64,000 nucleotides of DNA from Candidatus Obscuribacteraceae bacterium (GTDB lineage: Bacteria; Cyanobacteriota; Vampirovibrionia; Obscuribacterales; Obscuribacteraceae): NCBI GenBank assembly GCA_044226015.1, contig JBGAHS010000006.1, positions 128,001-192,000 of the forward strand, read 5' to 3'. A model generated the notes under the pieces. The model had not been told where the DNA came from, ran no database searches, and was given only the letters and a program-made list of their open reading frames with translations. The translations under genes and the position numbers were made by a program. Each line of letters opens with the position of its first letter. Position 1 is the first letter of the stretch. Below are positions 31,153 through 40,338 of the stretch, piece after piece.

Positions 31153-32159
31153 TATTGATCAATCTTTGGTTGAAGGGACGAAAGAGCTGAAAAGGCTTTT
31201 GCAGCCATTTTGAAGTACTGCACGTCGCGGTCTGTTCCAATAGAGCTATAACCAACAGCTTCACATGCTGCAAGTGTTGAGCCACTGCCGGCGAAGGGGT
31301 CATAGACTATTCCGATACCCAGTGGCAGAGCGGCTCTCACAAGTTGCCTCATGAAACGCTGTGGCTTCAACGAAGGATGCGGAGCGATCTCTTTTTCAAT
31401 ACCTCGTGTCGGAGAGCAGACAATCACATCTTTGAACGGCTCCTGGTCCGAAATTCTGCGCAATCCACCTGTACCCCATTTGCGTAGATTCTCAGCTGCG
31501 GTGCCTTCCATGGGTTTGCGAAATATTCCCCAAGGCTCCCAACAAGAACGTGCCATCATGGAGACGTCTGCAAATTCCTTCTCTGCACCTTTGGGGCGGT
31601 CACCGCCGCGAAGTGTCTGTACAAGCCTAATTATCTCGCCGCGCTTTTCAAAACCTGCAGCCATGAATGATTGAAACGTGAATGTCGAAAGAAGAGGATT
31701 CGAAGCGATGAAAATGTGACCGCCTGGAGTTAGAACTCTCTTAAGTTCATCTGCGACTGTAAAGAAGAACTCTTGTAGTTCAATAGTCTCTAGATCTGAG
31801 AGCACAGTGAATCTAGGCAGTGGTTTCCGTTTTGCTCCATCGAAGGATGGCGGAATACGCCAGACTCCGCCTTTACCATCGCGCAGCTTGGTTTGATGCT
31901 TATTGCTGTATTCAATCATGCCGTATGGAGGGTCCGTCACCACTGCATGAATGGAATTATCAGGAATGGATTTTATCCAATCTAAGGCATCTGCTAGATA
32001 GTATGCTGATGAGCGGCTGAGTTCATGCCTGCGAAATTCCACAGTCGACTTAATCAGCTCAAAAGACGCATGTTGATTCCTCAGCAGTGCTTTGCGAACC
32101 GGGTCTTTCGCAGCATCTACACCGGCGGATTGTGTATTTGGCGTAAGCTGACGGCGCAT
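31152..32159 (-). CDS. DNA amino-methyltransferase (N4-C/N6-A, beta class)
   Basis: Motif IV TDPPY precedes HPSLKP and motif I DPFAGSGST. Confidence 0.92.
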   Translation of the reverse strand: MRRQLTPNTQSAGVDAAKDPVRKALLRNQHASFELIKSTVEFRRHELSRSSAYYLADALDWIKSIPDNSIHAVVTDPPYGMIEYSNKHQTKLRDGKGGVWRIPPSFDGAKRKPLPRFTVLSDLETIELQEFFFTVADELKRVLTPGGHIFIASNPLLSTFTFQSFMAAGFEKRGEIIRLVQTLRGGDRPKGAEKEFADVSMMARSCWEPWGIFRKPMEGTAAENLRKWGTGGLRRISDQEPFKDVIVCSPTRGIEKEIAPHPSLKPQRFMRQLVRAALPLGIGIVYDPFAGSGSTLAACEAVGYSSIGTDRDVQYFKMAAKAFSALSSLQPKIDQ

Positions 32160-32344
32160 GGACACTCCAACGATTCTATACAGCAGAGTATTTCCTAATA
32201 CTCTTCGCATATCTTGTCGGCAGGCATTTCTTATTCAATAGATATAAATGCTACTGCTCAGAATTGGCTATACAAGCCAGTTTTGACCGACTGAATGATT
32301 ATGAATCGAAAGCGAGTTCTTGTCCACTGAGATAAACAAAACAA

Positions 32345-32377
32345 AAACACCATCCGAACTAAATCGCGATGGTGTTT
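32345..32377 (-). terminator. Rho-independent terminator-like hairpin
   Basis: AAACACCATC...GATGGTGTTT stem followed by a T-rich run on the minus strand. Confidence 0.55.
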
Positions 32378-32839
32378 AAGCTATTGCTTGGCTGCCTCTT
32401 GCTGGAGGCTCAATATTTCTCTACGCTTCAGCCAATCCTTCACGTAAAGCGGGCTCTGCTGCTGATGTTTCCGGAATGCGCATCCCTGAAGTTTCTACAT
32501 CGCCCCTCGGCTCAAAGTGGTTGCTTGTTTCAACCGCTCACCGAATATGCATACTAATATAGCAGTGCTTCTGAGAATGGGGAACTACCCCAGATTGTTT
32601 CTGCAGAACATAAATTTGCGTCATAGAATTGGCTTGCTTGCGGGAAAAAATATGAGATTCAATTTGTCAGGCGCTCGTTCTGCGCCACCACATTTGGTGG
32701 AGCAAGGAAAGCTCACTTCTATATACGTTGAATGTCGAATAGACAGCATGCATCCATATAAGTGGTATCGTGTGTATATTTTACTTACTAGGTATCGGAG
32801 GAAACTAACTAGCTTTAATAATCTAAGCGCTGATTTTCC

Positions 32840-34705
32840 TCAGTGATTCACTCGGTTGAAGGTTCTTTGGAACTCCTCAAATGACATAGTAAACGTTCCA
32901 TCATCCACCCCATCTCTTGGGTGACCTAAACCACCTGGTTCGCCTGCTCCCCATGGATTGCGTAGTGTCACTCGATGGGTAACGGGGTCATATCCCACAA
33001 CTGAATAGGCATGACCTCTCTCCAGTCCAGTCTCGGAATCAATTCCATTCCCGTTCATGAGAACCGTGGTAGGTGTTCTGTCTGAGTTCGCCAGAATTCC
33101 TTGCAATCTCTCGTCGGACATCCAAATGATATCTTCGTCATGAGCTGGTCGTCCTGTCAGAAGTTCCATGGTTCGCGACGCACTTTCTCTTGAATCACCT
33201 GCATGAGACGCGACGTCGCCAGGAACTCTATTTCCATTGCGATTCTCATGAACGCCATAAGCTCTTTCTATGATGGCCGGCCAGATTCCATATTCTGAGC
33301 CGCCACCGAAGCTAGCCAATTCTGAATCGGTTGGTCTATCGACAGTTACAGGATGCTGTGGATCTCCAGGAAAAGTTACTGTGTAGGTTCCGTTTCCATT
33401 GTCATGAATCATGTCCCGAATTGCTTGCGGGTTTGTGTGGGCCAGAGAAGCTAAATCAGCTTGTAGAACACAATCTCCCTCGGACCCCTGCCTGCAAGCT
33501 TCAGGTCTTATGCTCTCCAAAGGGTTGGCATGATTTGCAAAGACATCATGGTTGGTGCGACGGAGTCGTTCTCCACTCTGGTGAAATTCGTTATCGACAA
33601 TCGATGCAGCCCTGGCATCTCTTGTCTCCCGCACATTATCTACATATGCCTGTATGTCGTCCCTGGACATACCGGAATTTTGCCTTCCAAACTCGTCATA
33701 ACGTGAATATGCAATCTCGTCAGATCTGGTTCTCATGGTACGAAGAGTAGCCCTATCCTGTGGAGACACCGATGAGTTGTTGAGTTCGTCATCAATTTCA
33801 TGGTTACTCAGAAAGCCATTATGGTCTCTGTCCAGTCTTTCAAAATTTGCATTTGTATATGTCTCGATTGCATTTGCTTCATTCAGTGCGCTGCGACCAC
33901 GTCTTTGTCTCGCGTCATATTCGGCGATATCGTTTCCAGTGATGCCTTGCGATTCTTCTGCAGCAGCATCTGAGTACATTCCTGCAAACTGAGGATAGCC
34001 ATTTCGTAGTAACGAGACAAATTGTGCATCTTCTCCTTGAATGGCTGGATTGAGCATCGCTTGGTCCAGCTCAGCCTGACTGAGCGCACCATCATGGTTC
34101 AGGTCGATGCGTTCCCTGTTTCTTTCGTAAAGCCTGCCCAAGTCACCTGAATGCAAGTCAGGATTCGCAGGTGCAGACGGTCCCACATTGTTGCGCTCAG
34201 GGCTTCGATGGGCAGTAGCATCCATGCCACCAGTCTGATTCTGGTTGGAGCCGCCGTCCATGCCACCAGTCGAATTCTGGTTGAAGCCACCATCCATACT
34301 ACCAGTCGGATTCTGGTTGGAGCCGCCATCCATGCCACCAGTCGGATTCTGGTTGGAGCCGCCGTCCATGCCACCAGTCGGATTCTGGTTGGAGCCGCCG
34401 TCCATGCCACCAGTCGAATTCTGGTTGGAGCCACCATCCATACCACCATCAGAATACTGTTTACTCTGTGAATTAGCTTGGGACAAAATGCTCAGTAAAT
34501 CGTCTGGCATTTGCGGTAGAAATTGATTTGCCCCTAAGTCCATTTGCTTTCGGTCGAGTGCGAAGACCTGCCTTGTTTGATCCAGATCTGAACAGATGTC
34601 CTTTATATGAGGGGTCCTGATTGACTTGTCTAACTTCTCTATTTGCCTATTTGAATCATCTGATCTGTTTGATTCCTCGTTCATTTCTTCAAACTCCCTT
34701 GCCAT
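32840..34705 (-). CDS. Calpain-like (peptidase C2) cysteine protease with EF-hands and tandem repeat
   Basis: QGSEGDC, GHAYSV, LRNPWG triad motifs; EF-hands DLNHDGALSQAE and DRDHNGFLSNHE. Confidence 0.9.
   Translation of the reverse strand: MAREFEEMNEESNRSDDSNRQIEKLDKSIRTPHIKDICSDLDQTRQVFALDRKQMDLGANQFLPQMPDDLLSILSQANSQSKQYSDGGMDGGSNQNSTGGMDGGSNQNPTGGMDGGSNQNPTGGMDGGSNQNPTGSMDGGFNQNSTGGMDGGSNQNQTGGMDATAHRSPERNNVGPSAPANPDLHSGDLGRLYERNRERIDLNHDGALSQAELDQAMLNPAIQGEDAQFVSLLRNGYPQFAGMYSDAAAEESQGITGNDIAEYDARQRRGRSALNEANAIETYTNANFERLDRDHNGFLSNHEIDDELNNSSVSPQDRATLRTMRTRSDEIAYSRYDEFGRQNSGMSRDDIQAYVDNVRETRDARAASIVDNEFHQSGERLRRTNHDVFANHANPLESIRPEACRQGSEGDCVLQADLASLAHTNPQAIRDMIHDNGNGTYTVTFPGDPQHPVTVDRPTDSELASFGGGSEYGIWPAIIERAYGVHENRNGNRVPGDVASHAGDSRESASRTMELLTGRPAHDEDIIWMSDERLQGILANSDRTPTTVLMNGNGIDSETGLERGHAYSVVGYDPVTHRVTLRNPWGAGEPGGLGHPRDGVDDGTFTMSFEEFQRTFNRVNH
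34221..34447 (-). repeat. In-frame 36-bp tandem repeat (GGMDGGSNQNPT x6 plus partial)
   Basis: Directly visible in the DNA and the translation. Confidence 0.95.
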
Positions 34706-34906
34706 TCGCCTTTTAAAGCTACTGACATCCAGTTCGAATTAGGAGCATTTTGTCGACAGCATCAGAACAGCTTGAAGCGCAAGCCTTTTAGGTCTACGGA
34801 GAAGAATATTTCGATGGGGACAATTTGGGGACAAACTCAGGACAAAGCAGGACCAATTCAACTCTATTCTTGTTCTCATAGACAACGTTAAGTGAGGTTT
34901 TTGATT

Positions 34907-35482
34907 ATGTCGTTCCTAGATGATATTGGTGATGCAGTTAAAGATGTAGCAGGCACAATCGGCGATGGCGCTGGCGCGGTGACTGAAGCATTCTCAACGG
35001 TTCTTTCACCTGTTGAAGAATTCTCCATGAAAGGCTTAGGAGCTGCAGCATCGACCGTGACCGAACTTTTCGGAGATATCGAAATAATGGATGTCTGCAA
35101 GGGAATGGCTAGCGTGGCCAATGTGACATTGATTCCATTGCTGACAATGGAAGGTGCTGTGGCTCGGGAAGCTGCCTCAAATGTTTTGGATGGTAACCCG
35201 ATGGTAAACGCACTTGGTGGCAGCTTGAGAGACCACGATAGCTTGATCGGCGGATTTGCAGATCACTTCGACCTGAGTGCCGGTGACGAAGGTTCAGCAA
35301 AAGAATTCGACGAGGGCTTGGCTGAAATTGCTACGGCCAATCAGCCGAAAGCTGAAAACCGTCAGGAGCAAGTTGCACATCAACAAGATGGGGAATTCGA
35401 TAAGTCTGCTCTTGAAAAAATGGGAATCACATTTGGCAAAAAGAACGGCCGTGTATCTAAGGCGGCAAGCCGCTTCATTTAG
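34907..35482 (+). CDS. Hypothetical acidic protein
   Basis: MSFLDDIGDAVKDV...; GAGG RBS. Confidence 0.7.
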   Translation: MSFLDDIGDAVKDVAGTIGDGAGAVTEAFSTVLSPVEEFSMKGLGAAASTVTELFGDIEIMDVCKGMASVANVTLIPLLTMEGAVAREAASNVLDGNPMVNALGGSLRDHDSLIGGFADHFDLSAGDEGSAKEFDEGLAEIATANQPKAENRQEQVAHQQDGEFDKSALEKMGITFGKKNGRVSKAASRFI

Positions 35483-35524
35483 TTAGAGATCTGGAATGCT
35501 TGAGTCTTTTGTAGAGGTTTAGTC

Positions 35525-35711
35525 ATGTGGATTTTTGATAGCTCCGATGCAGTTAAGGAAACAAGAAGTGCAACTGGCGCAGGAATTGTAGACGAAGCAT
35601 TCTCCAATGTTCTTTCCCAAGCAGAGGAATTCTCGATGAAGGGTTTGGGCAGCAGGTTTGGCTGTCGATGAAGTATTCGGCAGCGTTGAAATAGATGACA
35701 TTTGCTGCTAG
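35525..35711 (+). pseudogene. Truncated, frameshifted paralog of 34907..35482
   Basis: Same RBS context; MWIFDSSDAVKE...EAFSNVLSQAEEFSMKGLG, then a frameshift to AAGLAVDEVFGSVEIDDIC, matching DAVKD...EAFSTVLSPVEEFSMKGLGAAASTVTELFGDIEIMDVC. Confidence 0.8.
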
Positions 35712-36344
35712 CTATTTATACCAACGTTTGCGAGCGGTTTCGTAATCGTCAGGCAGCATCGAAAACTGAAGAGTATCCTGCAGGTGTCCGGTCGCATCAC
35801 GACGTTCATTCCGCAATACGCCCTCCCGATTAAACCCGAGCCGATGTGCTACCTGTGCACTTCTGGCATTTATAGAATCGCATTCAATGTGCACTCTCTG
35901 TGCACCCAAAGATTCAAACGCAACTCTACAAACCAGTTTCGCTGCATGAGACATGTAGCCGTTGCCCTGTGCACTTGCGCGCAGCCAGTAGCCAACACCA
36001 AAAGATGGCGTGTGCCAATCAATATTTTCGAGTTGTATGTGACCTAAAAATCTCTGGGTAGCATGCTCTTGAATGCACCATGCCAAGCGCGTTCTAAGCT
36101 GCCAATCTGCTTGCCATTTGCGTACCGCTAGTTCGCAATCAGCAGAAGTCTCCATGCGAGCTAACCAATCTTGCCATCGAGCAAGATGTTGCCGTGACTC
36201 CTGGACAGCCTCGTAGACAAGAGCCCCATCACCATTCTTATAGCGACGTAGAACCACCTTGTCTCCAGCAATTTCAGGAGACACATGCAAAAGCATGGGG
36301 TTTACAATACCGGGTCCGGTTCTCTGGGTTTCGGTGTGATGCAT
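35712..36344 (-). CDS. GNAT acetyltransferase (RimL-like)
   Basis: VGYWLRASAQGNGYM, NARSAQVAHRLGFNREG. Confidence 0.9.
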   Translation of the reverse strand: MHHTETQRTGPGIVNPMLLHVSPEIAGDKVVLRRYKNGDGALVYEAVQESRQHLARWQDWLARMETSADCELAVRKWQADWQLRTRLAWCIQEHATQRFLGHIQLENIDWHTPSFGVGYWLRASAQGNGYMSHAAKLVCRVAFESLGAQRVHIECDSINARSAQVAHRLGFNREGVLRNERRDATGHLQDTLQFSMLPDDYETARKRWYK

Positions 36345-36419
36345 AACGAAATTATTTCAGCTTGAATTGCATAGATCTACTGCTAAGTTTAGACACTTAA
36401 TTACTCAGTGAAAGACCGT

Positions 36420-37628
36420 CTAGTACTCATAACCGCCGAAGTACTTTGACATATGAACTCCATGCCACGCTTTGACAGGGTCCTTATACGCTTTCCATTC
36501 GGCAACAAGGTCTGCACTGATATGAAGATATTGGTAGAACTGATTTATTGCCTTAATAGCCTTATCTTTGGCGTGGTTTTCGGCGTATGCATTCAACTCT
36601 TTGAAACGAGGAACACAGTCATCAACATTTCTGTGAAGGTTATCTCGTTTATAAATAATCACTCGACTAATTAGCGAGCGCTCGTTCTCGAAATCGCCGG
36701 GAGATGCGGCAAGGTCACCGTAATGCGCTTTGCCCATTGTGTATAGTATTTGTTTTTGATCTAAAGCACTGCCTCCACCCAGCACTAATTCCATCATCTG
36801 CTTCATTTTTAGTGCTCTTGGGTCGGTGTCAGCAGGCGATGTGTCTGTGCTAGTGTTTACTGAACTAGAGCTGGGCGCGCTAGAAGTAGAGGTCTGGTGA
36901 GCTAGCGGCACACGTTTTGAACGATTTGCAATTGCTTTCAGTTGATCTGAAACGCTCAAGTTTAGCCTGTCCAGGAGGTCTCTCGTTCCTTCTTTGTCAT
37001 TTTTCTTGGCTAAGTCTTCCAGTCGAGCAAATTCGCTCTTGTATGCCGTGATATTGACCTTCTGCAATTCGAGCGAGTGAATTTCGTTTTGTAAGGCAGC
37101 ACGCTCAGCTTGTAGTGGTCCCTCTAGCACAGAAGATACAGCAGGATCACTGCCACCATTAGTAGTACCAGCAGCGAATGGTGCAGGTGGTTTAGGCTCT
37201 TCCCCGCGTAACATATCAAGCTCTTTGAAAAGTTGCTCTTGAGTGATGGTTCCGCTAGAAAAGCTCTGAAGAACACTGAATCCAACAGCTATCTCTGTAT
37301 ACTTCGTGAAATCGGAAAGGTCGACAAATCTCACTCTTACTTTGCTTGCCTGAGGGAAAGCAGAAATAACAATCTTGCTTATCAAGACGGCATCAATTTT
37401 GCAGTCCTGCTCTGGATTCAAAGACGCTTTAGGATAGAACTTATAAACGATGACCTGGTCGCCATTAAGCACTGTTGCAAGCTTTTCACTAGCAGGCAAA
37501 ATTTTTGCTTCGCGCAGTTTGCTCTCAATCTCACGCGGACCTACGCTGCCCTCGGAAATCTGAGGAAAGGCTAGCAAGCAAACTAGCAGTGTCAAAGTAG
37601 CGACTTTGATTTGGTCTCGAACAGCCAC
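36420..37628 (-). CDS. Secreted hypothetical protein (DCKIDA N-terminal domain)
   Basis: Signal peptide; N-terminal domain alignable to 62873..64000. Confidence 0.7.
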   Translation of the reverse strand: MAVRDQIKVATLTLLVCLLAFPQISEGSVGPREIESKLREAKILPASEKLATVLNGDQVIVYKFYPKASLNPEQDCKIDAVLISKIVISAFPQASKVRVRFVDLSDFTKYTEIAVGFSVLQSFSSGTITQEQLFKELDMLRGEEPKPPAPFAAGTTNGGSDPAVSSVLEGPLQAERAALQNEIHSLELQKVNITAYKSEFARLEDLAKKNDKEGTRDLLDRLNLSVSDQLKAIANRSKRVPLAHQTSTSSAPSSSSVNTSTDTSPADTDPRALKMKQMMELVLGGGSALDQKQILYTMGKAHYGDLAASPGDFENERSLISRVIIYKRDNLHRNVDDCVPRFKELNAYAENHAKDKAIKAINQFYQYLHISADLVAEWKAYKDPVKAWHGVHMSKYFGGYEY

Positions 37629-37778
37629 TGAACTTACTCCTCAACTATTTCCATGATAAGGCATGCTATTGCCAGCTGCCAACCACCCGATGCCCGAAAT
37701 CTGTTCTTTTGCATACAATGTAAGGCTCAGCCATTTTACCGAGATGGGCTCGATGAATCCAAGTTCAAAAAAGCAAAC

Positions 37779-37810
37779 AAAAGAGGAACGCCTTTCGACG
37801 TTCCTCTTTT
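37779..37810 (-). terminator. Rho-independent terminator of the four-paralog cluster
   Basis: AAAAGAGGAACG-cctttcga-CGTTCCTCTTTT perfect stem, T-rich tail, 25 bp past the last stop. Confidence 0.8.
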
Positions 37811-37835
37811 TAGTAACCAAGCTTATCGCAGGATT

Positions 37836-38282
37836 TTAGTAGTTGCCATCATAAGGAACAACATACTGACGACCCTGGAATAGGGAGCAGTGGCTTCCGC
37901 TGTGTGGGCTGTCATAGCCAACAAAACCGTGCCAAGCGCCATATCCGAAGCCGTGCAACACGCCGTAGGCAGCTCCGCCGACTAGTCCAACTGGACCGCC
38001 AACTAGACCACCTGCAACCTTGTCATAAGGTCCATCTTCGTTACCAAGGTTGCGAGCAACCATTTTGGTACCGCCGATAGCGCCTTTAACTCCATCTTGG
38101 AATGCTCCTGTTGGAACGTCCCAGATGATGCCGGTCAACATACTAATTACGCGAACTGGAAAATAGTAGGCTTCGTACTGAACGCGCCAATCTTGTGGAC
38201 GCTCAGGATAAGCCAACGCGGCTGTAGGCAGAATGGCTGCTGCAGCGGCTAGAACCGAACTAATTACTCTCTTTTTCAGCAT
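37836..38282 (-). CDS. Secreted glycine-zipper hairpin protein, paralog D
   Basis: Signal peptide (AALA); FPVR...VPTG...GNEDG...GGPVG..GG..YG. Confidence 0.8.
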   Translation of the reverse strand: MLKKRVISSVLAAAAAILPTAALAYPERPQDWRVQYEAYYFPVRVISMLTGIIWDVPTGAFQDGVKGAIGGTKMVARNLGNEDGPYDKVAGGLVGGPVGLVGGAAYGVLHGFGYGAWHGFVGYDSPHSGSHCSLFQGRQYVVPYDGNY

Positions 38283-38338
38283 ACTCCTCACCAACTTTCT
38301 AGGGGGTTAAGACAAACTTGACTTATGTCCAGCAGTCT

Positions 38339-38743
38339 TTACTTCTCTTCCATCGTGATGTAGGACCAGCGGCTGAACGGCTTGCTCCAACCAGTCTTGA
38401 AGCCGTGAATCGCTCCATCGAGAACACCATATCCACCGCCGAGCACAAGCCCGACAGACCCACCGGTTGGGACACCTGCTGCGATCTGTCCTGCGCCTTT
38501 TTCATCGCCGAACTTTCCTGCAACATGCTTTGTTCCTTTGAGGAACCAGTGGTAACCATCGTCTACGGGACCACAAAATGCCCCGTTCACTACAGCACCG
38601 CTAACTCCGCCAACCAGTCTGATAGGTGCTTTAACACACCAGTTGATTGGTTTCGCCTCGTAATCGAGGGCAAGCGCTGGAGCGACGGACGATGCAAGCG
38701 CCAAAGTTACTAAAACTTTTTGCATAACCGTCAATTTACTCAT
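38339..38743 (-). CDS. Secreted glycine-zipper hairpin protein, paralog C
   Basis: Signal peptide (PALA); PIR...GKFGDEKG...HGFKTGWSKPFS. Confidence 0.8.
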   Translation of the reverse strand: MSKLTVMQKVLVTLALASSVAPALALDYEAKPINWCVKAPIRLVGGVSGAVVNGAFCGPVDDGYHWFLKGTKHVAGKFGDEKGAGQIAAGVPTGGSVGLVLGGGYGVLDGAIHGFKTGWSKPFSRWSYITMEEK

Positions 38744-38798
38744 TTACCTCACCGTTCTTTCTATTAGAGTGCAGGCGAGCCTGCAGGACCAGGTACCG

Positions 38799-39185
38799 TT
38801 ACTTGTCCTCTCCCATTCCTACGAGGAAGGATTCTGTGCTGAAAGGTTTTTCCCAGCCAGTTCCCATCCCATGCTTAGCGCCACGAAGTGCGCCAGCTGG
38901 AACTCCCCAAACCATACCAACCGGCACTCCGATGAGTGTGGCAGCTACGTTTTGTTGGAATCCCTTTTCGTCGCCGAACTTCTCTGCAAGAGTACGTTCG
39001 GTTTTCTTCGGGCTTCTCCACAGTGAGTCGACGACGATACCGGTTGGTACGTCAACGATTACTGCTGCTGTTGAGCCAAAGAAGCTCGCGATTTTGCCAA
39101 GTCCATTATCATCAGCGAACGACGGAGCGCTCACACCGATTGATAGTGCACTTGCCATTGTCAATACTAAACCTAATTTGCGCAT
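38799..39185 (-). CDS. Secreted glycine-zipper hairpin protein, paralog B
   Basis: Signal peptide (PSFA); VPTG...EKFGDEKG...HGMGTGWEKPFS. Confidence 0.8.
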   Translation of the reverse strand: MRKLGLVLTMASALSIGVSAPSFADDNGLGKIASFFGSTAAVIVDVPTGIVVDSLWRSPKKTERTLAEKFGDEKGFQQNVAATLIGVPVGMVWGVPAGALRGAKHGMGTGWEKPFSTESFLVGMGEDK

Positions 39186-39266
39186 TTGCTCTTACCACCT
39201 TGGAACCGAGGATGGGAATAACCATCCTCGGTCGAGTTAACTACAATCCTTGTGGGACCATCCCAA

Positions 39267-39656
39267 TTACTCTTCCTTGAATGTGAAAGAGTCTTTAGAG
39301 AACGGTTTTTCGTAGCCGGTCTTCACACCATGCCATCCACCGTCAAACAAGCCATAAGCAGCACCGCCAGCGATACCAAATGGAGCTGCGAGAATTGCAC
39401 CGCCCCAAGTTTGATAAGTACCGTCTTCGTCGCCGAGCTTACCAGCCATCCATTTTGTTGACATCATTGCGCCCTTGACACCATCTCTCACAGCGCCTTC
39501 CGGTACTCCGATTACAGCGCCAACGCCGGAACCGACAACTCGTACTGGGAAGAAGCAAATTGATTGAAAGGTATCATCCGAAGCGAATGAAGGAGCAACC
39601 GTGGCGCCGACAATTGTCGAGGCTAGTAAAAAAGAGGTCGCTAATTTCCTTACCAT
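39267..39656 (-). CDS. Secreted glycine-zipper hairpin protein, paralog A
   Basis: Signal peptide (PSFA); FPVR...VPEG...GKLGDEDG...HGVKTGYEKPFS. Confidence 0.8.
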   Translation of the reverse strand: MVRKLATSFLLASTIVGATVAPSFASDDTFQSICFFPVRVVGSGVGAVIGVPEGAVRDGVKGAMMSTKWMAGKLGDEDGTYQTWGGAILAAPFGIAGGAAYGLFDGGWHGVKTGYEKPFSKDSFTFKEE

Positions 39657-40338
39657 GAAAATCTCCATCTCTTAGCAATCTTCAGAACAATCCTGGACCA
39701 CCCCGGCCTCAAGACAGCACCATTGTACCTATTTTCTGCATTTGGTCCATATTTTGTTTTCAATCTAAGATCAAGCAAAGAGGTGCTTTTTCTACGCCTG
39801 CTAAGCCTTTTCACCATTTAAACAAGAAAGAAAAAGATTTTCTGTTTTCGCAACTTTTCGATCGAAATTGCGTCGGAGATATCTCATTTATATTGAATGT
39901 CACTTGTCATGTGAATGACAGCCTATATGTCAATATACTGGAAACTGTCATCTTGTGAGCATTATCAGACTGCTTTAGGCTAAGAAGGAGTAAATTTCCT
40001 GGTATCAAAGGCAGTGCCATTCCATTTGGAACAGAAGCAGAACTGTTGCCGGATCTGACACCAAATATGGTTTTATTCAAAAAACAACTATATAAGAAGA
40101 GTCTTGAGGGAAAGCGCGTCCTAGATCGCACTGGAAGAATCTCTTCCTATTTATATGAATAAGCATAAGCCAAATTTCGGAGCTTGACTCTTATCCTGGG
40201 GCTGCCGTAAGCGTACTAATCGTACTAAGCCTGCTGACCGCAAGCAAAGCCAAATAGCTCAGCTTGCAAAAGGTACCTAAAGTAAAAACAGACTCGTTCT
40301 ATCTAATGAACCGTGCCACCGCACAAGCCACCACTGCA

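Noticed and set aside
32369..32846. Short ORFs upstream of the MTase as a controller (C) protein or transposase remnant
   Set aside because: No HTH or transposase motifs recognisable in the frames examined
34221..34447. 36-bp repeats as a CRISPR array
   Set aside because: Contiguous in-frame coding repeats with no spacers, and no cas genes
39907..40162. Short ORFs upstream of the four-paralog cluster
   Set aside because: No convincing start, RBS or homology that I can recognise
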